From: Gloeobacterales cyanobacterium
GTDB lineage: Bacteria > Cyanobacteriota > Cyanobacteriia > Gloeobacterales > PMM-0068
Direction: 5' to 3'
Assembly (NCBI GenBank): GCA_038245785.1
Contig: JBBRSB010000015.1
Coordinates: forward strand, 1 to 64,000
DNA length: 64,000 nt
Part shown: piece by piece, positions 44,506 to 55,520 of the stretch
Layout: the number at the start of each line of letters is the position of its first letter
How positions within the stretch are numbered: position 1 is the first letter of the stretch
Notes under the pieces: generated by a model
The model's database searches: none
What the model saw: only the letters and a program-made list of their open reading frames with translations
Told to the model about the DNA's origin: nothing
Made by a program: the position numbers and the translations under genes

Positions 44506-44796
44506 ATGACAATATTTGTTGGCAACCTGCCTTTCTCCGTAAGTGAACAAGCGATTACGGATGCCTTCGCTGAGTACGGTACTGTGAAAGCTGTAAAAAT
44601 CCCCACCGATCGCGAAACAGGTCGTCCCCGTGGTTTTGCCTTTGTAGACATGGAAGATGCAGCCTCTGAAGACACCGCTATCAAAGAACTCGACGGCGCC
44701 AACTGGGATAACCGTGCCATCCGCGTGAACAAAGCTGAGCCGAAGCCAGAGCGTTCTAATGACAATCGCGGCGGCGGTGGACGCGGTCGCTACTAA
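44506..44796 (+). CDS. RRM RNA-binding protein (Rbp family)
   Basis: IFVGNL (RNP2), RGFAFV (RNP1), Gly-rich tail. Confidence 0.95.
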   Translation: MTIFVGNLPFSVSEQAITDAFAEYGTVKAVKIPTDRETGRPRGFAFVDMEDAASEDTAIKELDGANWDNRAIRVNKAEPKPERSNDNRGGGGRGRY

Positions 44797-44813
44797 GCTT
44801 CCGTTTTAATACT

Positions 44814-44847
44814 AAAACCCAGCCCTCCGATGGGGGCTGGGTTTTTT
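44814..44847 (+). terminator. Rho-independent terminator, possibly bidirectional
   Basis: AAAACCCAGCCC...GGGCTGGGTTTTTT. Confidence 0.9.
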
Positions 44848-44868
44848 GTTAGCCCAAGCGCATAGGGC

Positions 44869-46596
44869 CTAGATCTTCAGTGCGTACTTGATCAGGTCTG
44901 CCATGTCGAAGTTTTTACCCTTCCCGATCGTCGGCACCCAGGCGGGTGCCTGCCTCAGCAGAGAATGACTGTCATTCAAGATGATTCCGACAAGGGTCTC
45001 GACCACAATCCGACTGCCGATGGTGCCCAGTTTAATCGGGGTCTCGCTTTTACCTCCAGCTTCGTACCAATCATGTTGAGCCTCTGCCAGCAAGTAGTAC
45101 CAAAGGGGTGCCTTGCCGATGAAACTTGAGTCCACCTGACTTAGAGAAGGTACTGCATCGAATTCTTCCTTCGTAGTAGCCTTTCCCACCTTGAGCTTGT
45201 CATCGGCAAGGGGCGTAGTACCCATAGCAAGAGCCACATCCTGGCCAGAGGGCAATTCCATCGCCACACCACGCATCAAATTGCGCAGGGCCAAATTAGG
45301 GATCTGATTTGGTTGCGCCGGGGGTTGGAGCTGCGACACGCTAGTGAGTGGCGGTTTTGCATTCACCACCGAGAACTCCGGTAGGAATGCAAGGGGGTTT
45401 ACCAACGAGGTGTCAATTTTGTAGGCGGGCTGCGTCCGATTCTTGGTAACACGTTGGTCCTTATCGCCCGTCAAATCGAAAAATAGGTTCCAGTCGATAC
45501 CCCATTCCTTAGGGAAAGCATCAAAGCCATTCAACCCCCGCTCTTTTAGTCCAGCAAAGATGAACTGGCGCCCATCAATGCCACGACTGCGCTCGTCCGG
45601 ATTGGTGGTGTCAGGGTGATTACCGCCGCTGAGTTTGGTATTCAATCGATAGATCGGGCGCACCATAGAATGGCCAAAGCGGTAAGCCGCCGTCGAGAAC
45701 TCAATCGGCATGAAAGCATCGTTGCGGGGCTTGTAGAAGCGCAGCTTAGGCGGTTCGTCAAAGATCGAGTGGCCGCTCTTCAGATGGGGCAGTACGCTAT
45801 CGATAACATCGCTTCGCGCAATCGTGGGCAGGAAATCATGCAGCACAACATACTGGTAATGCCAGCGCACTAGCCGCTGGATCTCGCTGAAGTCTAAATG
45901 TATGTGCTCATCGGCCAGTCGGTTATGGAACTGCAGGAATGCCGAGTGCATTTGGGAGACAATGACATTTTCATCGTTGCGCTTGTCTCCAATCAGGGCG
46001 CGGTGAAAATCTTTCCCGGATTCGGACCAACTGTGACGCGGCAGATCGTGCCCGATAACTTTGCCGTTTGGCCCTTCAATAAGCTTCCGACCGAGCTGGA
46101 ACCTGCGCCCATTGCTCTCATAAAGGTACGGCTGGTCGTCAGGTCCGCTACCGTAAAGGGAGTCCAGGTCGAGCGCCGGAGTGCGGAAGTCCACCAGCGC
46201 ATCGACGTCGTTGCGTTGCTGAAGGCTGCTGGCCGGATCGAACGTGATGTCGTGGTCGATGAACTGTCCAAGGTAGGTGTAGCCTGCATCAATGCCACTG
46301 TTCTCCTCGTCGTCGTGCAAGCGAGAGGTATGCGGCTTGCCCTCGTCGTCGACATCTTCGCGTGGGGCAATCGGCAAAGGTGGGTTGCTCTCGTCCTTCT
46401 CTGGCTCAGCGGACATACAGTTTGCTTGATTTCCGTCACCGGCCAGTTTGCGCAGGGCGGCCTCTGACCAGTTAGCTGGCGGCAAGCTCCGAAAGATGCG
46501 GCCGAAGCGGCCCTCGAATTGAGAGGAACGCCGATCGAAATCTGCGCCACGAACGCCGCCATGTGAGGAACCACCCTTGCTTGGCAATGAAGTCAT
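44869..46596 (-). CDS. Heme peroxidase (peroxidase-cyclooxygenase / animal haem peroxidase family)
   Basis: YLGQFIDHDITFD, LDLDSLYG, GDKRNDEN, AAYRFGHSMVR, LPSGQ, PLWYYLLAEA. Confidence 0.9.
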   Translation of the reverse strand: MTSLPSKGGSSHGGVRGADFDRRSSQFEGRFGRIFRSLPPANWSEAALRKLAGDGNQANCMSAEPEKDESNPPLPIAPREDVDDEGKPHTSRLHDDEENSGIDAGYTYLGQFIDHDITFDPASSLQQRNDVDALVDFRTPALDLDSLYGSGPDDQPYLYESNGRRFQLGRKLIEGPNGKVIGHDLPRHSWSESGKDFHRALIGDKRNDENVIVSQMHSAFLQFHNRLADEHIHLDFSEIQRLVRWHYQYVVLHDFLPTIARSDVIDSVLPHLKSGHSIFDEPPKLRFYKPRNDAFMPIEFSTAAYRFGHSMVRPIYRLNTKLSGGNHPDTTNPDERSRGIDGRQFIFAGLKERGLNGFDAFPKEWGIDWNLFFDLTGDKDQRVTKNRTQPAYKIDTSLVNPLAFLPEFSVVNAKPPLTSVSQLQPPAQPNQIPNLALRNLMRGVAMELPSGQDVALAMGTTPLADDKLKVGKATTKEEFDAVPSLSQVDSSFIGKAPLWYYLLAEAQHDWYEAGGKSETPIKLGTIGSRIVVETLVGIILNDSHSLLRQAPAWVPTIGKGKNFDMADLIKYALKI

Positions 46597-46803
46597 AAGT
46601 CTCTCTCCAGAAAAAATCATGCGAAATACTGGCCTAATCGAGGCCGCTCAAAATTTCCATTCAAGATCCGAACGGCAAAAACCAGCGATGGCTCAGCCAA
46701 AACGTTGACTAGCTGTTTCAATGCAGAACAGTACTAAAAGAACCAGACTGCCGAAGAGTTGCATTGACTCAGGAGCATTCGGATAAAAATGATACTAAAC
46801 CAC

Positions 46804-46837
46804 AATTGATAAATAGAAATATAACTATTTATCAATT
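46804..46837. promoter_or_regulatory. 13-bp inverted repeat upstream of the peroxidase
   Basis: AATTGATAAATAG-N8-CTATTTATCAATT. Confidence 0.45.
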
Positions 46838-47017
46838 TTCTTCGCTTAATACAGTAAGTTCAGAAGCTAACGATAGAGATAATAAGGGCCTCAGAATTTA
46901 TCTGCAATAGACAATCTTTCGGTTCAATAGGCTGTTCTTTCGGTCCTCTTCTTAAAAATAAGAAGGGCGTTAGAATCGAAGGGCCTGAAATTTGTTGTAA
47001 TTCCCCTTATTGAAAAC

Positions 47018-47515
47018 ATGCCCTATTCTCAACGCATTGAACCCCAGCCAGGTCAAGAATCTGTATGGGATTATCCTCGTCCACCCCGTTTGGAGTCCAC
47101 ACCCAAACATCTCACTATCACCTTCAATGGCGAAACGATTGCCAATACCAAAAAGGCTTGGCGGGTTCTAGAAACCAGTCATCCTCCCGTCTATTACCTG
47201 CCACCGGAAGACATCCGCATGGAATTTTTGACGCTGACCCAGCGCCGTTCATTTTGTGAATTCAAAGGGTCTGCTAACTACTGGACGGTGAAAGTAGGCA
47301 GTCGAGAAGAAAAAGATTGCGCCTGGAGTTATGAAAACCCATCCCCTGCCTTCCAACCGCTCAAAGGCTATATCGCTTTCTATGCCAGCAAAATGGACAC
47401 GTGCACGGTAGAGGGAGAAGAAGTGGATGCTCAGGAAGGAGATTTCTACGGCGGCTGGATTACTGCCAATATTGTCGGGCCCTTTAAGGGCTCAGTCGGT
47501 ACTTGGGGCTGGTGA
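47018..47515 (+). CDS. DUF427 domain protein
   Basis: ESVWDYPRPP, LETSHPPVYY, CEFKG, FYGGW. Confidence 0.92.
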   Translation: MPYSQRIEPQPGQESVWDYPRPPRLESTPKHLTITFNGETIANTKKAWRVLETSHPPVYYLPPEDIRMEFLTLTQRRSFCEFKGSANYWTVKVGSREEKDCAWSYENPSPAFQPLKGYIAFYASKMDTCTVEGEEVDAQEGDFYGGWITANIVGPFKGSVGTWGW

Positions 47516-47517
47516 CT

Positions 47518-48315
47518 CTAGCCCAAATTGCGGACCACGGTTATCTCAAGCTTAGCGCTAGAAGAAAGAGATACTTCCTCTGAACCGTAGTACTGATGAC
47601 ACCATAGCCTGAACTTCTTCATCGCTTGTGGGAAAACCGTATCGGAGACCAACCAGCAGGATCCGTGGTCTCTCGTCTCATAGATCGCCAACAGTTCCCC
47701 AACCGTTTGTTCAACACGCCACTGGGCAGCCGTTACCGTTTCAACCGTGGCTCCTTGTGCCGTAAACCAACTTTTGACCTTTTCAAGATTGGCTCGGTCT
47801 TCAGACTCATAGGCAGGAGGTTGGAATCCTTCTTGAGTGGCCAGTATGGACCGCCAATGCGCTTCAAACTCTCTCTGGTGGGCAGTCCAAGGACTCTCAC
47901 AGTAGAGGTATAACCCAGAAGGCTTTAATACTCTACAAAATTCACGTAACGCTTGACGCCAATCAGGAAGGTGATGCAGCAGGTGCCGAGTCAGAATCAC
48001 ATCAAAAGAATGGTCCTCGAACGGCAGCGACGAAGCATCCCCTTCGAGAAGCGTCACTTTGTCCGGGACCTCTTTCAACTTTCGACGGAGCTGGTTGAGC
48101 ATCTTTTGAGAGATATCAAGGCCCGTATAGAAGTACCCTCTTTTGATAATTGGTAGGGCATTCAATCCTGTGCCAATCCCTGGTTCTAGAAATGTTGTCT
48201 CTGGAGTCGCTTCCACGAGGCGCAAAACAGTTTCTGTCACCTGTTTATCAATGGAGGTAGGCATAGCCCTTGTCACATCATAGATGCTGGCTATCTGGTC
48301 GTAATAGAGGTTCAT
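47518..48315 (-). CDS. Class I SAM methyltransferase
   Basis: LEPGIGTG, GDASSLPF..SFD, RVLKPSG. Confidence 0.9.
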   Translation of the reverse strand: MNLYYDQIASIYDVTRAMPTSIDKQVTETVLRLVEATPETTFLEPGIGTGLNALPIIKRGYFYTGLDISQKMLNQLRRKLKEVPDKVTLLEGDASSLPFEDHSFDVILTRHLLHHLPDWRQALREFCRVLKPSGLYLYCESPWTAHQREFEAHWRSILATQEGFQPPAYESEDRANLEKVKSWFTAQGATVETVTAAQWRVEQTVGELLAIYETRDHGSCWLVSDTVFPQAMKKFRLWCHQYYGSEEVSLSSSAKLEITVVRNLG

Positions 48316-48369
48316 CGCCTACAGGACACCCCTTCCAACCTATAAGTTGCCGATAGGATCGAGAAATTT

Positions 48370-49890
48370 TCAATTTGTGACAATTGGGGACGATTTAGAT
48401 TGTAATCCTGCTGGAATGAGCCAGCGATCCAATAGATCAAACCCAAATTGAACGAGTAAGGCGAGGGCTGCAGCCGGGATCGCTCCAGCGAGTAAGGTGG
48501 CATTGTCATTCAGCGCTAGGCCAGAAGCGATGCGTTCGCCATAGCCTCCCGCTCCGATGAAGGCTGCGATGGTCGCGGTACCTACGTTAATTATCGCCGA
48601 AGTTTTGATGCCTGCCAGAATGGTTCGGGCCGCTAGAGGTAGCTCCACCAAGCGCAAACGAGCGAACGAGGGCAAGCCAAGGGCAAGGGCGGATTCTTTC
48701 AAAGAAGGTGGAATATCTGAGAGCCCAGTGTAGGTATTGCGGACGATGGGCAACAGAGCATAGAGGAAAAGGGCTACTAAGGCAGAAGGAGTTCCAATTT
48801 GGAAAAGAGGAATCAAAAAAGCTAAAAGGGCTAGCGATGGAATCGTCTGGATTATCCCAACAATCGAAAGAATGGGTTGAGCGGCCTGAGGTACCCGCAC
48901 TGCCCAAATGCCAAGCGGGACACCGACCAAAACGCCAAAGGCCAAAGAAATAGAGACCAACGTAATGTGTTCCGTGGTCAATTTCCAGAAATCATCTCCG
49001 AAGAGTTTGGCCAGAAAGGGTTGTTTCTCATCGGTAGTAGTCGGCGTGTTCACCGCTTGATTTAAAAATCGGGCGGCAATGGTGGCAAAGCTTTTACCTT
49101 CTAGTTCAGCCTCTGCGTTCATGGCAATCATCTGCTTTTCTGAAATTTTGCCTTCGAGCTTTTGCAGGGCTGCCCAGGTTTTGGGCAGACGTTTCGCTAT
49201 ATCCAGACGATAGAGAAGCACGGCTTCATAGGAGGGGAAGAATTTACGGTCATCGGTCAGCACCCGCAGCTTGTAACGGTTGATTTTGGCATCGGTCGTA
49301 TAGATATCGGTAATATCAACTTGCCCTTGGGCCATCGCTTCATAGCTCAGCCCGTGGTCGATGCCCCGTGGTGTAGCAAACGGGAGCCTGTAGGCTTTTC
49401 GCAGACCAGGCCAACCATCAGCACGACCTAGAAATTCTGGGGAAAGAGCGAGTTTCAGCTCTGGGTGTTTTGTCAAATCGGAAAGGGTCCGGATTCCCAA
49501 TTTCTCCGCCTTTTCTTCACGCATGGCGAGGGCATAGGTATCGCTAAAGCCAAGAGGGACAGCAATGCCTAAACCTTCCGGAGCCAATTGCCGATTGAGC
49601 GTGGCGATATCTGCTGGAGCTTTGTTTTTGAGAATTTCCTTGTCCAGGGTGCCGACATATTCAGGGTAAACATCGATACTGCCGCTTTTTAAGGCAGAAA
49701 AAACGATGCCTGTATTGCCCAAACCCTGTTTGTGCGTAGTTTTGGCCTCTTGGGTTGCCTTAGCCGTTTGTCGGATGATTTCGCCGAGGATGTACGACTC
49801 TGTGAATCGTTTGGAACCGACGGTCAATTCCTGGGCAAAGACCGTTGGGGTGAGCGTTAGCACGATTAAGAAGGCTAGCCAGATTCTCAA
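48370..49890 (-). CDS. Osmoprotectant-type ABC transporter, fused substrate-binding/permease (OpuBC-like)
   Basis: VGSKRFTESYILG, YPEYVGT, QTIPSLALL, IGAGGYG. Confidence 0.9.
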   Translation of the reverse strand: MRIWLAFLIVLTLTPTVFAQELTVGSKRFTESYILGEIIRQTAKATQEAKTTHKQGLGNTGIVFSALKSGSIDVYPEYVGTLDKEILKNKAPADIATLNRQLAPEGLGIAVPLGFSDTYALAMREEKAEKLGIRTLSDLTKHPELKLALSPEFLGRADGWPGLRKAYRLPFATPRGIDHGLSYEAMAQGQVDITDIYTTDAKINRYKLRVLTDDRKFFPSYEAVLLYRLDIAKRLPKTWAALQKLEGKISEKQMIAMNAEAELEGKSFATIAARFLNQAVNTPTTTDEKQPFLAKLFGDDFWKLTTEHITLVSISLAFGVLVGVPLGIWAVRVPQAAQPILSIVGIIQTIPSLALLAFLIPLFQIGTPSALVALFLYALLPIVRNTYTGLSDIPPSLKESALALGLPSFARLRLVELPLAARTILAGIKTSAIINVGTATIAAFIGAGGYGERIASGLALNDNATLLAGAIPAAALALLVQFGFDLLDRWLIPAGLQSKSSPIVTN

Positions 49891-50639
49891 CGTATCTGTT
49901 CCTCAAGGGAGGGTAGCGGTGAGCGCTGGGCACGGATAAAGTCGGTGACATAGGGCTCAACCGGGCGTTCGAGCAGGTCGTCTAAAGATCCACGCTGAAC
50001 AATGCGACCCTCGCGCATCAGAACAATCTCATCACCAAAATAGGCGGCTTCGCCCATGTCATGGGTGACCAGGACAACGGTTTTTTTCAGGTCTGTGAAA
50101 ATATTTTTGAGTTGGGTTTGCAGTTCGCTGCGGGTAATCGGGTCTAAGGCTCCCAGCGGTTCATCGAATAGCAATATCGCTGGGTCTAGCATCAGTGCTC
50201 GCATCAGGCCTACCCGCTGTCGCTGCCCTCCGGATAGGTCTTTCGGATATCGGGATAGAGACGCCCGAGAAAGTTGGACTAAATCGGATAAGGCCGCTAT
50301 CCGCTGACTAATTTCATCGGAAGAGCGCTTGAGGAAGCGAGCGAGGAGTGTGACATTCTCCTCCGCCGTGAGATGGGGAAATAAGCCGCCATCTTGGATC
50401 ACGTAACCAATCCCATGACGCACCGTTTGCGCATTCTCCGCCGTTAATTCTTGCGTTCCCAGAACTATCCGTCCTCCATCGGGACGGACCAATCCGACAA
50501 TAATTCTTAGCAGCGTAGATTTACCGCATCCACTCGGCCCGATAAGAACTGTGGTCGCACCAGGTTGGAAGACCAAGGTGGTTGAGGCCAAAGCGGTCTG
50601 CTTGCCATAGGTCTTTGAGACATTTTCGACATGAATCAT
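49887..50639 (-). CDS. Osmoprotectant ABC ATP-binding protein (OpuBA-like)
   Basis: GPSGCGKS, GYVIQDGGLFPH, LSGGQRQR. Confidence 0.92.
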   Translation of the reverse strand: MIHVENVSKTYGKQTALASTTLVFQPGATTVLIGPSGCGKSTLLRIIVGLVRPDGGRIVLGTQELTAENAQTVRHGIGYVIQDGGLFPHLTAEENVTLLARFLKRSSDEISQRIAALSDLVQLSRASLSRYPKDLSGGQRQRVGLMRALMLDPAILLFDEPLGALDPITRSELQTQLKNIFTDLKKTVVLVTHDMGEAAYFGDEIVLMREGRIVQRGSLDDLLERPVEPYVTDFIRAQRSPLPSLEEQIR

Positions 50640-50666
50640 AGGACCATGCTACCTTGCCTTACCGGA

Positions 50667-50885
50667 CTAGCTGTTCCGAGGGTAAAGGTACACATCATAA
50701 TTTTCAACGTCGTCCACCCCTCCAAAAGAGATAGTGTCTTCACCCAGTTCCCAAGTCAGATCTTCTTCTTCGATGGTTGGGGAAATTATTAGTAGATTGT
50801 TTTCCCTCCGAATCTCTACCTCCTTCACTCTCACCAGGAACTCTTTTGGGATGAGTGCACCCTGTTCTGTCACCTTTATTTTCAT
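50667..50885 (-). CDS. Small AbrB-like antitoxin-type protein, orphan
   Basis: MKIKVTEQGALIPKE...VEIRREN...D.YLY; no adjacent PIN toxin. Confidence 0.6.
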   Translation of the reverse strand: MKIKVTEQGALIPKEFLVRVKEVEIRRENNLLIISPTIEEEDLTWELGEDTISFGGVDDVENYDVYLYPRNS

Positions 50886-51040
50886 AGGTCCTCCACTTAG
50901 GAGTTCAAAATTTATACTCTAGTTTTAGTGTCGCTCTATTTGTCTGAAGAAGCACCGAATGAGCTACTGATGAACATAGAGGTGTACTTTATACTGAAGG
51001 AAAGTCTTTCAGGCGTGAATCCTGACCTGGAGCCATCTCC

Positions 51041-51628
51041 ATGACCATCATCACCCAAAAATTAACCTTCGAGGAATACCTCATCTATGACGACGGCACA
51101 GATACCCGTTATGAATTGGTTGATGGAGAACTTGTACCCATGAGCCTGGGTACCGGAAAACATGGAGCCGTCATCCGTTTCTTGGTGCGTCAGTTTGATG
51201 ATGCCCTTTCTCAATCAGGGAAACCCTGGGTGTCTCTCCCTGCGCTTGTTGGTGTGCGCTCTCCTCGTGGCAAACGCTGGGACACCTGCCGCATTCCCGA
51301 TGTCACTGTTCTATCCCTTGCACAATGGGAATCGATGGCAGACCGCGAGGCCGTAATTGACCTGAATGAACCACCGCCTTTGTTGGTCGTCGAAGTTGTC
51401 AGCCCATCTACCAAAACCGATGACTACCGCTCAAAACGCGCAGAATACGGACTCCTAGAAATCCCCGAATACTGGATCGTAGACCCCCTCACCGAGAAAA
51501 TTACCCTTTGCCTGCTGGACCATCAGTTTTACGATTCCACAGAATTCCGAGGCGATGACATCATTCAGTCTCCTACCTTCCCAGAACTCAACCTAACTGC
51601 TGCTCAATTTTTGGCGGGCAGAGCGTAA
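51041..51628 (+). CDS. Uma2-family endonuclease-fold protein
   Basis: YELVDGEL, RIPDV, LVVEVVSPS, IPEYWIVDP. Confidence 0.93.
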   Translation: MTIITQKLTFEEYLIYDDGTDTRYELVDGELVPMSLGTGKHGAVIRFLVRQFDDALSQSGKPWVSLPALVGVRSPRGKRWDTCRIPDVTVLSLAQWESMADREAVIDLNEPPPLLVVEVVSPSTKTDDYRSKRAEYGLLEIPEYWIVDPLTEKITLCLLDHQFYDSTEFRGDDIIQSPTFPELNLTAAQFLAGRA

Positions 51629-52136
51629 CAGGCGGGAAATAAACAGGGCTATTTGTCTTTTAGGCTCTTACTTTTTCTGGTAATCATATGCACTGCAAAT
51701 ATCTCTAAAAAATTGATATCAGACTATCAAAATCCGTACATACGGAGAACATTAAGTTTTTGCAACTGTCCTAAAGTGTCATATCTTGCATACGCTATGT
51801 AGCAAGAGACTTATGAGCTTTGTTGTTAACACTTTAGGGCTTTAGGTCTAGTTTTCAAAATTGGTAAGTAGCGCACGATACACAAATGTTAGAACTCTAC
51901 ATAAAAAAGTGCAGACTTATCTAAAGCAGATTTGCAGAGGTAGGATCGCATGATGGAACTATCAAATGTATCAGACGAACCTGTGAATCCTTTTATAGAC
52001 CTTGATCTTAGGCTCTCCCACTTCAAGTTATTGGCTCATTTCTCAGGAATAGTCAAAAAATTGGACACTCAAAACCATAAACTGTAAAGACGTTTCTGGA
52101 TGCCGTTGCGATTAGATGGACTGATTAGCGCAAAGT

Positions 52137-55100
52137 ATGACAATAGAATCAGCCAATTTTGAGTTTTTGCGACCTCATGACGTGCAGTTAGTACGCCTTA
52201 GTGCTTTGGCTGAGCGATATTTCCGAGATGACCCCAGCACCTGCCTGATCAAGTTACGACAGTTTGCTGAACTACTGGCACAATCGACCGCTGCTAGGAC
52301 AGGGCTGTTCGTATCAACCGAGGAACCCCAGGCAGACCTGTTGCGCCGATTGAAAATTGAGCGGGTTTTGTCCCATGAAGTAGCTGATCTGTTCTATCAA
52401 ATCAGGGTCGCAGGAAACAGGGCAGCCCATGAATATACTGGCGATCATGCAGAAGCTCTGACCATGTTGAAGATGGCTCGACAACTAGCCATCTGGTTTC
52501 ATCGAACATTTAACGCGGACACCAGATTCAAAGCTGGTGCTTTTGTGCCGCCTCCCAATCCAGCTGATGCGACGGCAGAGCTGGCAGCGGAATTGGAACG
52601 CCTACATATTGCTCTTGAAGAGACGCGCACCGAGGCAGAGCGAACAAGGCTGGCAGCGGAAGAACAGGCCAAGGTGTTGCTAAGTGCTGAGGAGAAGGCC
52701 CGTAAGGAAGCAGAAGAACGGTCACTGTGGGAAGAACTGGCTGGAGAATCTGAACAGGCCAGAGCAGCCCTTGAAGCGCAATTGGCTTCGCTTCAGGCCA
52801 CCGCTAAGCAGTTACCCGCGCAACAGACCGCTGCGATTATTTCTCTGGCTGACCAGGCTGCTTCGGTCATCGACTTGGATGAGGATGAGACAAGGGCGAT
52901 TATTGATCAGCAATTGCGGGATGCTGGCTGGTCGGCTGATACCAGGGATTTACGTTATGGGAAGGGAATAAGGCCAGCCAAGGGCAAGAACATGGCGATC
53001 GCCGAATGGCCAACCGCCAAAGGCATAGCTGATTACGCGCTGTTTATTGGAACAAGCTGTATAGGCTTTATTGAAGCTAAGCGCAGACGGAAGAATGTTT
53101 CAGCCGCGATTGACCAAGCGGAGAGATATGCTAAAGGGTTTCAGGCGGGTGATGGTTTTGAGACAATAGGCGGCGGTTCATGGAGTGAGTTTCATGCCCC
53201 CTTTGTGTTTGCAACAAATGGACGGCCATATCTGAAACAGATTGAAACGGAGAGTGGGATATGGTTTCGGGATGTTCGTAAACCCACCAACCGCCGCCGC
53301 GCCCTGGCTGGCTGGCCCACGCCGGAAGGATTGGAAGCCCAGTTAGGGGTTGACCGTGAAGCAGCCCACGCCGCCCTGAAAACCCAGCCTTATCAGTTTG
53401 GTTTCCCTTTGCGTCCCTATCAGCAACGGGCGATTGAAACTGTTGAAAGCAGTCTGGAAGACGATAACCGCGCCATGCTGGTGGCGATGGCTACTGGAAC
53501 TGGCAAGACCAAGCTGGCAATCGCTCTTCTTTATCGTTTGTTGACGGCTAAGCGTTTCCGTCGTGTCTGTTTTGTAGTCGATCGCAGTGCCTTGGGGAGT
53601 CAAGCAGCAGGGGAGTTTCGCACCACTAAAGTCGTAACCGCCAAGACCTTTGCCGATATTTTCGGGTTGCAGGGGCTGGGAGACGTTACCCCAGAGTCAG
53701 AAACTAAGGTTCACATTTGTACCATTCAGGGGCTAGTGAAACGGGTTCTCTATGCCAGTGAGCCAGCGAGCATTCCACCAATTGATCAATATGACCTGTT
53801 GTTGATTGATGAATGTCACCGAGGATATTTGCTCGATCGGGAAATGTCCGATGCCGAACTGAGTTTCCGCAGCCAGGATGATTATGTTTCCAAGTATCGC
53901 CGCGTTCTAGAACATTTTGATGCCGTCAAGATTGGCTTGACCGCCACGCCTGCCCTGCACACCGTGCAAATCTTCGGGGAACCAGTTTTCAAATACTCCT
54001 ATCGAGAAGCGGTGATTGACGGTTTCTTGATTGACCATGAACCACCCGTTCGGATCCAGACCTCCCTGAGCAAAGCGGGCATCCGCTTTCGTACCGGAGA
54101 AGCGATGGATGTCATCTATCCCACTACTCGGCAGATCGAGCAAACCTATGCCCCCGATGATCTGAATTTCGAGGTGGATGAGTTTAACAAGAAGGTCGTA
54201 ACTATACCGTTCAATCAGGCGGTGGCGAGGGAACTGGCCAAATACATTGACCCCAATCTGCCCGGAAAAACCCTGATTTTTGCCGCCAATGATGCCCATG
54301 CTGACATTGTGGTTGAGCAGGTTAAAAAGGCGATGGAGGACTATTACGGCGAGATTGAGGATGCCGCTGTTCGCAAAATTACGGGCAGTGTGGATCGGGT
54401 GGGTGATCTGATCCGTTCCTACCGCAATGATGCCATGCCTAAGATTGCGGTGACGGTTGACCTGCTGACGACAGGCATTGATGTGCCTAGCATTACTAAC
54501 CTGGTGTTTTTGCGGCGGGTAAATAGTCGTATTCTCTATGAGCAGATGTTGGGACGGGCCACCAGACAATGCAACTAAATTGGCAAGGAGACCTTCCGAA
54601 TTTTTGATGCGGTTGACCTTTATGCCAATTTGCAAGCTTTAACTGAGATGAAACCCGTAGTGGTGAATCCGAACATCACCCTGGAGCAGTTATTTGATGA
54701 GTTTGCCCAGATTACTAACGACATCCACCGCGCTGAAATACGTGATCAGATATTGGTGAAGCTGGGCCGAAAATTGCGACGGCTACCGGAGCAGGCCAAG
54801 GAAAGCTATGAGGCTCAGATTGGCGAAACACCGGAAGCCACTCTGGAGCGATTTAGAACATCCTCACTGCCAGAACTGACAGGGTGGGTCAAGGAGCGGT
54901 CAGGTATCGGGCGGATTTTGGACTGGAATGCTGAAGGTAGTGGATTGTACATGCCGATTTCTAATCATCCGGATCAGGTGATAGCCGTGACCCGTGGGTA
55001 TGGCACAGCTCAAAAACCTGATGACTTTCTGGACAGCTTTACCGCCTATATTCGGGATAACGTCAATAAACTGGCGGCTTTGACGGTAGTATTGCAGCGA

Positions 55101-55520
55101 CCACGTGAGCTGACCCGCGCCCAGCTTCGAGAATTGCGACTAGAGCTTGATAAGATGGGCTACTCAGAAACCAATCTGCGGCAGGCATGGCAGGATGCCA
55201 AGAATGAGGACATTGCGGCTTCTATTATTGGCTTCATCCGTCAGGCAGATTTGGGTGATCCGCTTATTCCCTATGACGAGCGGGTAAAGAACGCCATGAA
55301 AAGCATCTTGAGCAAGCGGTCATGGACGGACCCGCAGCGCAAATGGTTACAGCGGATTGGAGAACAGGTCGCCCGTGAGTTTATTGTTGATCGGGATGCC
55401 CTTGACCAGGAACCCTTCCAGGCGGATGGCGGGTTTAACCGACTTAACCGAATATTTGATGGACAGCTGGAAGCAATTCTAGGAGACATAAACGAGGAAC
55501 TATGGCGAAAGACAGCTTGA
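52137..55520 (+). pseudogene. hsdR: Type I restriction endonuclease subunit R (EcoKI-like), in-frame TAA at 54576-54578
   Basis: ADYAL..IEAK, MATGTGKT, DECHR, QMLGRATR; reads through as CN*IGKETFRIFDAV into the 54630-55520 ORF. Confidence 0.9.

Noticed and set aside
46813..46828. OxyR site upstream of the peroxidase
   Set aside because: Spacing is ATAG-N8-CTAT rather than N7; kept only as an unassigned inverted repeat.
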